Source: Rhodocyclaceae bacterium
GTDB lineage: Bacteria > Pseudomonadota > Gammaproteobacteria > Burkholderiales > Rhodocyclaceae
Direction of reading: 5' to 3'
NCBI GenBank assembly: GCA_028869135.1
Contig: JAGWTC010000005.1
Location: 11,175 to 75,174 of the forward strand
Length of the DNA stretch: 64,000 nucleotides
The notes under the pieces were generated by a model. It searched no databases. It saw only the letters and a program-made list of their open reading frames with translations, and was not told where the DNA came from. A program made the position numbers and the translations under genes. Positions 45,254 to 52,692 of this stretch are shown here, piece by piece; the first letter of the stretch is position 1, and every line of letters begins with the position of its first letter.

Positions 45254-45973
45254 TTGATTGCAAAAAAACTGCTTGCCGGCCTGTTGGGTACGCTTGCCTT
45301 GGGCCATGCCGCCGCTCATCAGATATGGATAGAGCCTGCCGGCAAGGCCTATACGCTGCACTTCGGCGAATACGATGAAAACCTCAAGGAGGTCAGCCCC
45401 GGGCTGCTCGACAAAATGCCGACGCCGCATGTGGTCAGCGTTTCCGGCAGCAAGGAAACGCCGCTCGCAGTCAGCAAGGGCAAGGAGGGCTTCGGCCTCG
45501 ACGCAGGGCTGGGCAAGGTCGCTGCGATCGTTGCCGAGGTTCGCTCCTATCCCGTGTTCGAGCGCAAGAACGGCGAGCAGCTTGTGCGCGGCAAATGGGT
45601 GCCCGCCGCCCGCTATGTGTCCGACTTTTCTGCCCAGAAGCCGCTCAACATTCTGGATATTGTCCCGAACGGCGCACCCGGAAAATTCAAACTCTTCTTC
45701 CGCGGCCAGGCCTTGCCCAAAACCAAGTTGACCCTGGTCGCGCCGAACGGCTGGCACAAGCCGCTGCAATCGGACGATAACGGCGAGTTCGAGGCAGCGA
45801 CCTTGTGGCGCGGCGACCATGTGATCGAGGCCTCGTACAAGGAAACGACGGCCGGAGAGATCGGCGGCGACAAGTACGACAACGCCAGTTTCACCAGCAC
45901 TCTGACCTTCACTCAGACCACGGGCACCGCCACGCCGCGTCCGACGCCGAGCAGGCCGCACGAGATGAAGTGA
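45254..45973 (+). CDS. DUF4198-like periplasmic protein
   Basis: Signal peptide (I)AKKLLAGLLGTLALGHAAAHQIWIEP. TTG start proposed, start uncertain. Confidence 0.65.
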   Translation: MIAKKLLAGLLGTLALGHAAAHQIWIEPAGKAYTLHFGEYDENLKEVSPGLLDKMPTPHVVSVSGSKETPLAVSKGKEGFGLDAGLGKVAAIVAEVRSYPVFERKNGEQLVRGKWVPAARYVSDFSAQKPLNILDIVPNGAPGKFKLFFRGQALPKTKLTLVAPNGWHKPLQSDDNGEFEAATLWRGDHVIEASYKETTAGEIGGDKYDNASFTSTLTFTQTTGTATPRPTPSRPHEMK

Positions 45974-46187
45974 GCGGGTCCGCTGGCAGCGATGGCGACA
46001 TGCATGAGGCGATGACCGGCAATTCATCGAGATGAGATGGCGATTCCGCGCGAACTGCAATCGGCAAACGTCGAGGTTTACTCTCTGCGCCTCAAGGAGC
46101 GGCGTTTGCTCTATCATGCGTTTGGGTCCAGGATCGGTGCATGAGAATGCCGACCGCCCGGACGCCGGCGATCGGCTACCCGGAAAG

Positions 46188-46218
46188 ACGGCCTCCCCTG
46201 CGGAGGCCGTTTTCATTT
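46188..46218 (+). terminator. Rho-independent terminator
   Basis: ACGGCCTCC-cctgc-GGAGGCCGT followed by TTTCATTT. Lies 215 nt after the DUF4198 stop. Confidence 0.75.
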
Positions 46219-46289
46219 GATCTCATGGCTTCCCGCGCCGGCTTGCGTCGCGCGGGAGTGACACATGAGGCGCTATAACAGGAGCAGCA

Positions 46290-47915
46290 ATGGATTTCGA
46301 ACTACCGGATGTACTGGCCGGCAAACTGCTCGGCCATATCGACCAGGACAGCGTCCTGGCGAAACAGTTGTCGGAGCATCGCAACCGGCGCGGTCGCATC
46401 ATCGTGTCCAGCAAGCTCTTCAATGGCGCCGCGTTGAACACGCTTTACGGCCTTTGCAAGGCGAACGACGAACGCAACCTGATGTTCCAGTTGCTGGCGC
46501 TGGACAATATTCGCAGTTCGCCCGATGCGCGCAAGATTCCCAGTCTCGAAGTCCTGATCAACGGTCTGATCGCCTACCTCAAGCGCGACGCCATCGACGG
46601 CTGGCTCTACAAGCGCAACAAGGACGGCGTGCTGCTGCCGTGGCTGGTGACCGGCATGCGCCACATGATTCCGGTTGAAGGCAAGCCCTATGTCGTCGTC
46701 AGCCTGGTGGCCAACACGCTGCAATCGGCCGACAAGGAGCCGTCGGACGATTACCGCCAGCGCCGCTCCGGCATGAACACGGTCATCGTCATCGACGGCA
46801 ACGACATTGCCGACCGATCGATTCCCCAACTGCTTGCGGAGCTCGGCTACTTCAAGGAGTGCCCCGACTTCAAGCGCGAATACGAGGAGCAGATCGCGCG
46901 CTTTCATTCCATGCAACCCAGCTTCGGCACGCAGTTCGTGGCCAAGCGCGCGGCCTATCTGCTGCGCAGCAGGGCGGGCCACGAATTCCTCGCGCTGCCG
47001 GCGGGTCAGGTGGCCAAGGTGGTCAACGACGAGGAAATCCTCGAACGCCGTTTCGAAACCAACGCCGACAATGCGTTCTGGTGCGAGTCCGGCCTCGAGA
47101 GCGGCTTCGACCAGATTCCCCTGCATCCCTATCTGCACGTCTTCCATCTCGAACTGCATCGCAATATCTGGGTGCACGTCGACAATCTGGAGGAGTACAG
47201 GTACAACCCGGCCTTGCGTGAAAAACTGGTGCTGCCGCAGGACCATCGCGACCTGATCGACATTCTGACCGCCGACATGGGCGTGCTTCTGGAGGATATC
47301 GTCGAGGGCAAGTCGGGCGGGACCACCATCCTCTGTAAAGGCGCGCCGGGCCTGGGCAAGACGCTGACGGCCGAGGTCTATGCCGAAGTCGTCGGCAAGC
47401 CGCTCTATCGCGTTCACTCCGGCCAGCTTGGCATCAGCGCCGAGTCGGTCGAGGCGCATCTGTCCACCATCCTGCGTCGCGCGGCGCGTTGGGGCGCGAT
47501 CCTGCTGCTCGACGAGGCCGACGTTTATATCCGTCAGCGCGACAATGACCTGCAGCACAATGCCATCGTCGCCGAGTTCCTGCGCACGCTCGAATACTTC
47601 AGCGGTCTGCTGTTCATGACAACCAATCGCACGAACGATATCGACGACGCCATCGTCTCGCGCTGCATTGCCATCATCAAGTACGAGATGCCCTCGCGCG
47701 AAGACAGGCTGCGCCTGTGGAGGACCCTGGCGGCGCAGTTCCTGGTTGAACTGTCGGACGACATGATCGAGACCTTGACCAATCGCTTCCCCGACACCAG
47801 CGGTCGCGATATCAAGGAGCTGCTGAAGCTGACCGCCAAGTTCTGCCGCAGCAAGAATATCCCGTTCTCGGAAGAGGCTTTCCGCCAGTGCGCGATGTTT
47901 CGCGGCATCCAATAG
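46290..47915 (+). CDS. Classical AAA+ ATPase with a large uncharacterised N-terminal region
   Basis: 541 aa. RBS AGGAG. Walker A GAPGLGKT (aa 351-358), Walker B LLLDEAD (405-411), sensor-1 TTN (444-446), Arg-finger region DDAIVSR (R458) and lid SGRDIKELL. I match no motif in aa 1-320. No signal peptide or TM helix. Confidence 0.85.
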   Translation: MDFELPDVLAGKLLGHIDQDSVLAKQLSEHRNRRGRIIVSSKLFNGAALNTLYGLCKANDERNLMFQLLALDNIRSSPDARKIPSLEVLINGLIAYLKRDAIDGWLYKRNKDGVLLPWLVTGMRHMIPVEGKPYVVVSLVANTLQSADKEPSDDYRQRRSGMNTVIVIDGNDIADRSIPQLLAELGYFKECPDFKREYEEQIARFHSMQPSFGTQFVAKRAAYLLRSRAGHEFLALPAGQVAKVVNDEEILERRFETNADNAFWCESGLESGFDQIPLHPYLHVFHLELHRNIWVHVDNLEEYRYNPALREKLVLPQDHRDLIDILTADMGVLLEDIVEGKSGGTTILCKGAPGLGKTLTAEVYAEVVGKPLYRVHSGQLGISAESVEAHLSTILRRAARWGAILLLDEADVYIRQRDNDLQHNAIVAEFLRTLEYFSGLLFMTTNRTNDIDDAIVSRCIAIIKYEMPSREDRLRLWRTLAAQFLVELSDDMIETLTNRFPDTSGRDIKELLKLTAKFCRSKNIPFSEEAFRQCAMFRGIQ

Positions 47916-48023
47916 GGAGGAGCCGGCGCAAGCCGGCTGCCCCGTATTTTTCTGCAGCGGCGCTTGATCTCGCCATCGTGGCCGCTGAAGGAGTATTCTC
48001 CGTGCATACAGGAGCACGGTGCA

Positions 48024-48401
48024 ATGAGTGTCGAAGAGCTTAAGCAGGACGGAGTTTCGCAGGCAAGCAAGGTCCTGTCTTTTTCCGAAGGCGCCGCCAG
48101 ACGCGCGGCCCATGAGCTTTTGGCCTTGCTGCAGGTCTATGATCGCCTGATCGCGCTGCTGCGCGAGACCGACAACGACGGGCTCGACATGCTCACCGAC
48201 GGCCTGGTGCTGTCGGCGGTGCGTTGCCGCGCCGTGCTGGCGCAGGGCGGCAACGACGCCGGGATGCAGCAGATGACGAGCGAGCTGCGCGCCGGCCTGC
48301 GCGAAATGCCCGGCACCCTGCGCGCCTTGCTGCCCGGACTGGGGCCGCGTCTTGTCGAAAGCCTTCAGCACAAGCTCGGCATCCAGTTTCTTGCCTACTG
48401 A
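48024..48401 (+). CDS. Hypothetical small helical protein, partner of the AAA+ ATPase
   Basis: 125 aa from MSVEELKQDG. AGGAG 9 nt upstream of the ATG at 48024. Leu/Ala/Arg-rich and predicted all-helical. No recognised family. Confidence 0.55.
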   Translation: MSVEELKQDGVSQASKVLSFSEGAARRAAHELLALLQVYDRLIALLRETDNDGLDMLTDGLVLSAVRCRAVLAQGGNDAGMQQMTSELRAGLREMPGTLRALLPGLGPRLVESLQHKLGIQFLAY

Positions 48402-48527
48402 GCGAGCCGCCCTTTTTCGCGGCGGCCGGATGAACAGGCGCATCTTGCGCTATATCAAAAGGGCTGCGCCTCTGATGATGCACAGTGGATCGGATGTAGT
48501 TCCCTTCATGTTCAAAGGAGACGTGTC

Positions 48528-49010
48528 ATGAAACGCATGCTTGCCCTGACTCTGTTTGCCGCCAGCCTGACCGCAGCCCCGGCCTGGGCCGCCGCGCCGT
48601 CGGAAGCTCCTCCTCCCAAGCCGAGCGCCAAGGCGACCGCCTCGCCAAGGCCCGCCCCTGGCGAGCTGACGCCTGCACAGCGCGCGCAAATGGAAAAGCA
48701 GATTGCCTCAATGCAGGAGATACACGAGAAGTTCATGGCCGCCAAGACGCCGGAGGAGCGCGCTGCGCTCATGGATGAACACATGAGGACCATGCAGGCC
48801 GGCATGTCCATGATGCGGGAAATGCACGGCGGCCCGCCGATGGGAAGAGGTATGGGCAGGGGAATGGGCGGCGGAATGGGGATGGGCCGAGGCATGGGCC
48901 CAGGTCCAGGTCAGGGCTGCATGGAAACATGCATGCAGTCGCGCATGGACATGATGGAAATGATGATGCAGATGATGATGGATAGAGCCGCCGCTGTTTC
49001 GGGAAAGTAG
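48528..49010 (+). CDS. Periplasmic Met-rich protein with an LTXXQ (Spy/CpxP/ZraP-like) motif
   Basis: 160 aa with a signal peptide. LTPAQRAQM motif. (G/R)MG repeats MGRGMGRGMGGGMGMGRGMG and a MDMMEMMMQMMMD tail. RBS AAGGAG. Confidence 0.7.
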   Translation: MKRMLALTLFAASLTAAPAWAAAPSEAPPPKPSAKATASPRPAPGELTPAQRAQMEKQIASMQEIHEKFMAAKTPEERAALMDEHMRTMQAGMSMMREMHGGPPMGRGMGRGMGGGMGMGRGMGPGPGQGCMETCMQSRMDMMEMMMQMMMDRAAAVSGK

Positions 49011-49030
49011 TAGGCGGTTCCCAGTAAGAA

Positions 49031-49054
49031 GGAAGCCGGCGCATGCCGGCTTCC
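49031..49054. terminator. Palindromic hairpin between convergent genes
   Basis: GGAAGCCGGC-gcat-GCCGGCTTCC. No strong U-tract on either side. Confidence 0.45.
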
Positions 49055-49081
49055 TCACATTCGCGGCCGCGACGCGCTCGA

Positions 49082-50311
49082 TTACCAGTGCGTGTCGCTT
49101 TCGGCAGTCGAGCCGATCTTGTGTATGGACAGGTCGGCGCCGTTGAATTCCTCTTCCCGGTCGAGCCGCAGGCCGACGGTGCGCTTTAGGGTGGCGTAGA
49201 CCGCGAATCCGCCGATGACGGCGACGGCGATTCCGAGCAGGGTGCCGAGCAACTGGCTGACGAAGCTGACGTTGCCGAGGCCGCCCAGCGCGGCGCTGCC
49301 GAAAATGCCGGCGGCGATGCCGCCCCAGGTACCGCACAGGCCGTGCAGGGGCCAGACGCCGAGCACGTCGTCGATCTTCCAGCGGTTTTGCGTGCAGGTG
49401 AACAGGCGTACGAACAGCGCCCCGGCGATGGCGCCGATGATCAGCGCGCCGAGCGGATGCACGAGGTCCGAACCGGCGCAGATGGCGACCAGTCCGGCCA
49501 GTGCGCCGTTATGCACGAAGCCCGGATCGTTGCGTCCCACCAGCGTTGCGGCCAGTGTGCCACCGACCATGGCCATCAGCGAGTTCATGGCGACGAGGCC
49601 GGTGATCTTGTCCAGGGTTTGCGCGCTCATGACGTTGAAGCCGAACCAGCCGACGATGAGTATCCAGGAACCGAGCGCAAGAAAAGGGATGCTCGACGGC
49701 GGATGGGCGGCGACCGCGCCATCCCTGGTATAGCGGCCGTGGCGGGCGCCGAGTTGCAGCACAGCCATCAGGCCGATCCAGCCGCCGACGGCATGCACGA
49801 CGATGGAGCCGGCGAAGTCGTGGAACTCGGCGCCGAAACTGGCCTTCAGCCAGGACTGGAAGCCGAAGGCGCCGTTCCAGGCGATGCCTTCGAAGAAGGG
49901 ATAGATGAAGCCGACGATGAGGAAGGTGGCGGCAAGCTGCGGATTGAAGCGCGCGCGCTCGGCGATGCCGCCCGAGATGATGGCGGGAATGGCGGCGGCG
50001 AAGGTCAGCAGGAAAAAGAATTTGGTCAGGTCGTAGCCATTGCGCTGCGACAGCACCTCGGCGCCGCTGAAGAAATGCATGCCGTAGGCGATGCCGTAGC
50101 CGATGAAGAAATACGCCAGCGTGGAAACCGAAAAGTCCACCAGGATTTTGACCAGCGCATTGACCTGGTTCTTCTTGCGTACGGTGCCGAGCTCCAGAAA
50201 GGCGAAACCGGCGTGCATGGCCAGAATCATGATGGCGCCGAGCAGGATGAACAGTACGTCGGCGGAAGTATGCAATTGTTCCAAAATGGGGCTCCCAGGG
50301 CGGTTTGGCAC
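49082..50311 (-). CDS. amt: Ammonium transporter (Amt family)
   Basis: About 400 aa with 11 TM helices. AGFAFLE.G and GGW.G..A motifs. The track start is the GTG at 50311. An in-frame TTG at 50284 with GGGAG 7 nt upstream is an alternative. Confidence 0.9.
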   Translation of the reverse strand: MPNRPGSPILEQLHTSADVLFILLGAIMILAMHAGFAFLELGTVRKKNQVNALVKILVDFSVSTLAYFFIGYGIAYGMHFFSGAEVLSQRNGYDLTKFFFLLTFAAAIPAIISGGIAERARFNPQLAATFLIVGFIYPFFEGIAWNGAFGFQSWLKASFGAEFHDFAGSIVVHAVGGWIGLMAVLQLGARHGRYTRDGAVAAHPPSSIPFLALGSWILIVGWFGFNVMSAQTLDKITGLVAMNSLMAMVGGTLAATLVGRNDPGFVHNGALAGLVAICAGSDLVHPLGALIIGAIAGALFVRLFTCTQNRWKIDDVLGVWPLHGLCGTWGGIAAGIFGSAALGGLGNVSFVSQLLGTLLGIAVAVIGGFAVYATLKRTVGLRLDREEEFNGADLSIHKIGSTAESDTHW

Positions 50312-50338
50312 GCTAATGGTGATATGGCTGCCTGTATG

Positions 50339-50354
50339 AGCAACAACTGTTCCA
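50339..50354 (-). promoter_or_regulatory. Sigma-54 (-24/-12) promoter of amt
   Basis: Minus strand reads TGGAAC-AGTTG-TTGCT. GG-N10-GC spacing is correct, with one mismatch to TGGCAC-N5-TTGCW. Confidence 0.6.
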
Positions 50355-50397
50355 ACTTGGTGCTTATTGTCAAATCAGGCGCTTAGCCCTTTTGCTT

Positions 50398-50422
50398 GTG
50401 CGCTGGCGCACCGCAATGGTGC
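50398..50422 (-). promoter_or_regulatory. Putative NtrC enhancer sites upstream of amt
   Basis: GCACCGCAATGGTGC (GCACC-N5-GGTGC) overlapping the palindrome GTGCGCTGGCGCAC. Confidence 0.5.
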
Positions 50423-50431
50423 TTTTCAAAT

Positions 50432-50462
50432 ACAACAAAGCCCCAATTTGGGGCTTTGTTGT
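50432..50462 (-). terminator. 14-bp perfect hairpin downstream of mltA
   Basis: ACAACAAAGCCCCA-att-TGGGGCTTTGTTGT. Weak U-tract. Confidence 0.45.
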
Positions 50463-50504
50463 ATTGGATGCGGCAATTTGGGGCGGTCTGGCTGCAGCGG
50501 GGGT

Positions 50505-51713
50505 TCAGGGCAGTTTTGCGGCGGCCGGCTCGTGGTCGCGCGGCAGCAGCACCCACATGCTGCCGGTTTGCCGCATCCGCCCCGCCTGGGCGCCGGCAGC
50601 CGGGCCCGAGCCCCAGTAGAAGTCGGCGCGTACCGGGCCGCGGATGGCTCCACCCGTGTCCTGCGCCAGCATCAGCCGCTGCAAGGGCTGATCGCTATTG
50701 GGCTGGGTGGTGCTCAACCAGACCGGCGCACCCAGCGGCGTCGTGCGCGGATCGACGGCAATGCTGCGCTCGGGTGTCAAGGCGATGCCCATCGCCCCTT
50801 GCGGACCGCTGCCTTCGGCCTTGAGCTCGCGGAAGAAAACCAGACTCGGGTTCTGGTTCAGCAACTCCTGCAAACGCCTGGGGTTGGCGCGCGCCCAGGC
50901 CTTGATGCCCTGCATTGAAGCCTGCTCCGGCTTGAGTTCGCCCTTGTCGATCAGCCAGCGGCCGATAGAGTGGTAGGGATGGCCGTTCTGGTCGGCGTAG
51001 TTGAGACGGATGCGGCTGCCGTCGTCGAGGGCGATCTGCCCCGAGCCCTGAATCTGCATGAAAAAGAAGTCAACGGCATCGTCCACCCACAGCAGCGATT
51101 TTCGCTTGTCTTCCTGCTGCGTCCACTCGGAGCGCGAATAGAAAGGTACCAGCTTGCGACCCTCGATGCGGCCGCGCAGGCGCATGTTCTTCAGCTCGGG
51201 GTAGAGCTCGCCGAGATCGACGACGATGAGATCGTCCGGCACGCCGAAAACCGGCGTTGTATAGGGTGGCTTGCGCGTGCGGCTGCCCGAAAGCACCGGC
51301 TCGTAGTAGCCGGTGATGAGGCCGCTGCGCGTGCCATCCGGATTGACGAGCTGCCAGGGGCGCAACTGGACTTCGAACCAGGTGCGCACGGCATCGGCGT
51401 CGGGGCTGGGGAGGGCAAGCGCGCTGGCGCAGGTAGCGCGCCACAGCGGCTGTCTGGACAGGCTGACGCACTCGTTGACGAATGCCTGGAAGGCCGGCAG
51501 CGGATTGTCGTCGCGCCAGCCCGGCAGGTCGCTGTATTGGGCCGCCTGCAGCGGCGGCACGGCGGGCCTGGCGGGTTCGGCCTCCTTGCATGGCACGCAG
51601 GGGCTGGCGGTCGTGGCGGGCTTTCCCGGCAACTGTGCGCAGCCCGCCATGAGCAAGAGAAGCGGGATGGCGGTAAACAGGCGACGGGCGGTGGGTGTCT
51701 GGAGCATGCGCAT
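50505..51713 (-). CDS. mltA: Membrane-bound lytic murein transglycosylase A
   Basis: 402 aa. Lipobox LMAGC. MltA and 3D domain motifs (GYYEP, ADFYWG). Confidence 0.88.
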   Translation of the reverse strand: MRMLQTPTARRLFTAIPLLLLMAGCAQLPGKPATTASPCVPCKEAEPARPAVPPLQAAQYSDLPGWRDDNPLPAFQAFVNECVSLSRQPLWRATCASALALPSPDADAVRTWFEVQLRPWQLVNPDGTRSGLITGYYEPVLSGSRTRKPPYTTPVFGVPDDLIVVDLGELYPELKNMRLRGRIEGRKLVPFYSRSEWTQQEDKRKSLLWVDDAVDFFFMQIQGSGQIALDDGSRIRLNYADQNGHPYHSIGRWLIDKGELKPEQASMQGIKAWARANPRRLQELLNQNPSLVFFRELKAEGSGPQGAMGIALTPERSIAVDPRTTPLGAPVWLSTTQPNSDQPLQRLMLAQDTGGAIRGPVRADFYWGSGPAAGAQAGRMRQTGSMWVLLPRDHEPAAAKLP

Positions 51714-51798
51714 CTGCTAAAGTCGAGGGCCGATGTGAAGAAGGTTTCACGCAAGATTAGCAGAGGCAGACCGTCTCGCTGTTGCAGAGTTCCCACCT

Positions 51799-52692
51799 AT
51801 GAGTTCCTTACCTCCGGAGTTCTTTCGTTTTCTGGAGCGCGCCGAAACTGTGCTGGCGCGCGTCGAGTCTCTGTTGCCGCCGTCGCCGCGCGCCGTCAAT
51901 TGGGACGCGCATGCCTATCGCTGGCGCAAGCAGCGCGGTTACGGGCAGCTCGAAGCGGTAGTGCACCCGCACCGGATTCGCGCCGAGGATTTGTGCGGCG
52001 TCGAGGACCAACTGCAGCGCATCGATCAGAATACGCGCCAGTTCGTCGCCGGCCGCAGCGCCAACAATGTGCTGCTGACCGGCGCGCGCGGCACCGGCAA
52101 GTCCTCGCTGGTCAAGGCCATGCTGGAGCGTTATGCCGGCCGGGGCTTGCGCCTGATCGAGGTCGACAAGGAAGATCTCGTCGATCTGCCCGACATCGTC
52201 GATCTCGTTGCCGACCGCAGCGAACGCTACATCATCTTCAGCGACGATCTGTCCTTCGAGTCTGGCGAGGCGAGCTATAAGGCGCTGAAGAGCATCCTCG
52301 ACGGCTCGATCGCCGGCACGCCGCAGAATGTGCTGATCTACGCCACCTCGAATCGCCGTCATCTGATGCCGGAGTTCATGAGCGAGAATCTGGAGACCCG
52401 CGTCGAGAACGGCGAGATCCGGCCGGGCGACACGACCGAGGAAAAGGTGTCCCTGTCCGAGCGTTTCGGTTTGTGGATTTCCTTCTATCCCTTCGATCAG
52501 GACAAATACCTGGAAATCTGTGCGCACTGGCTGGCGTCGTTCGGTGTGAGTGTCGCGCAGATCGAAGCCTCTCGTCAGGATGCGCTGCAATGGGCGCTGC
52601 TGCGTGGCGCGCGTAGTGGTCGCGTGGCCTGGCAGTTTGCCCGCGATTATGTCGGCCGCCTTGATGCCGAAAGCAACGAGGTCCGACCGTGA
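51799..52692 (+). CDS. DUF815-type P-loop ATPase
   Basis: 297 aa. Walker A GARGTGKSS and Walker B IIFSDDLSF. Confidence 0.8.
   Translation: MSSLPPEFFRFLERAETVLARVESLLPPSPRAVNWDAHAYRWRKQRGYGQLEAVVHPHRIRAEDLCGVEDQLQRIDQNTRQFVAGRSANNVLLTGARGTGKSSLVKAMLERYAGRGLRLIEVDKEDLVDLPDIVDLVADRSERYIIFSDDLSFESGEASYKALKSILDGSIAGTPQNVLIYATSNRRHLMPEFMSENLETRVENGEIRPGDTTEEKVSLSERFGLWISFYPFDQDKYLEICAHWLASFGVSVAQIEASRQDALQWALLRGARSGRVAWQFARDYVGRLDAESNEVRP

Noticed and set aside
46037-46144. 35-codon ORF (MAIPRELQSANVEVYSLRLKERRLLYHAFGSRIGA) faintly resembling the core of RelE/Gp49-type toxins, possibly a toxin-gene remnant next to the AAA+ module
   Set aside because: It is far too short. It is bounded by a stop 8 codons upstream of the ATG. 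It has no RBS, and the resemblance rests on a few residues recalled from memory. It could be tested with tblastn against relatives.
46302-48443. 713-aa ORF antisense to the AAA+ module
   Set aside because: The plus-strand genes have RBSs and canonical Walker motifs. The minus-strand product has no motifs and has shadow-ORF composition.
50306-50321. Plus-strand TGGCACGCTAATGGTG resembling a -24 element
   Set aside because: It has no TTGC -12 element at the right spacing. It is on the wrong strand for amt and lies inside the amt 5' end.
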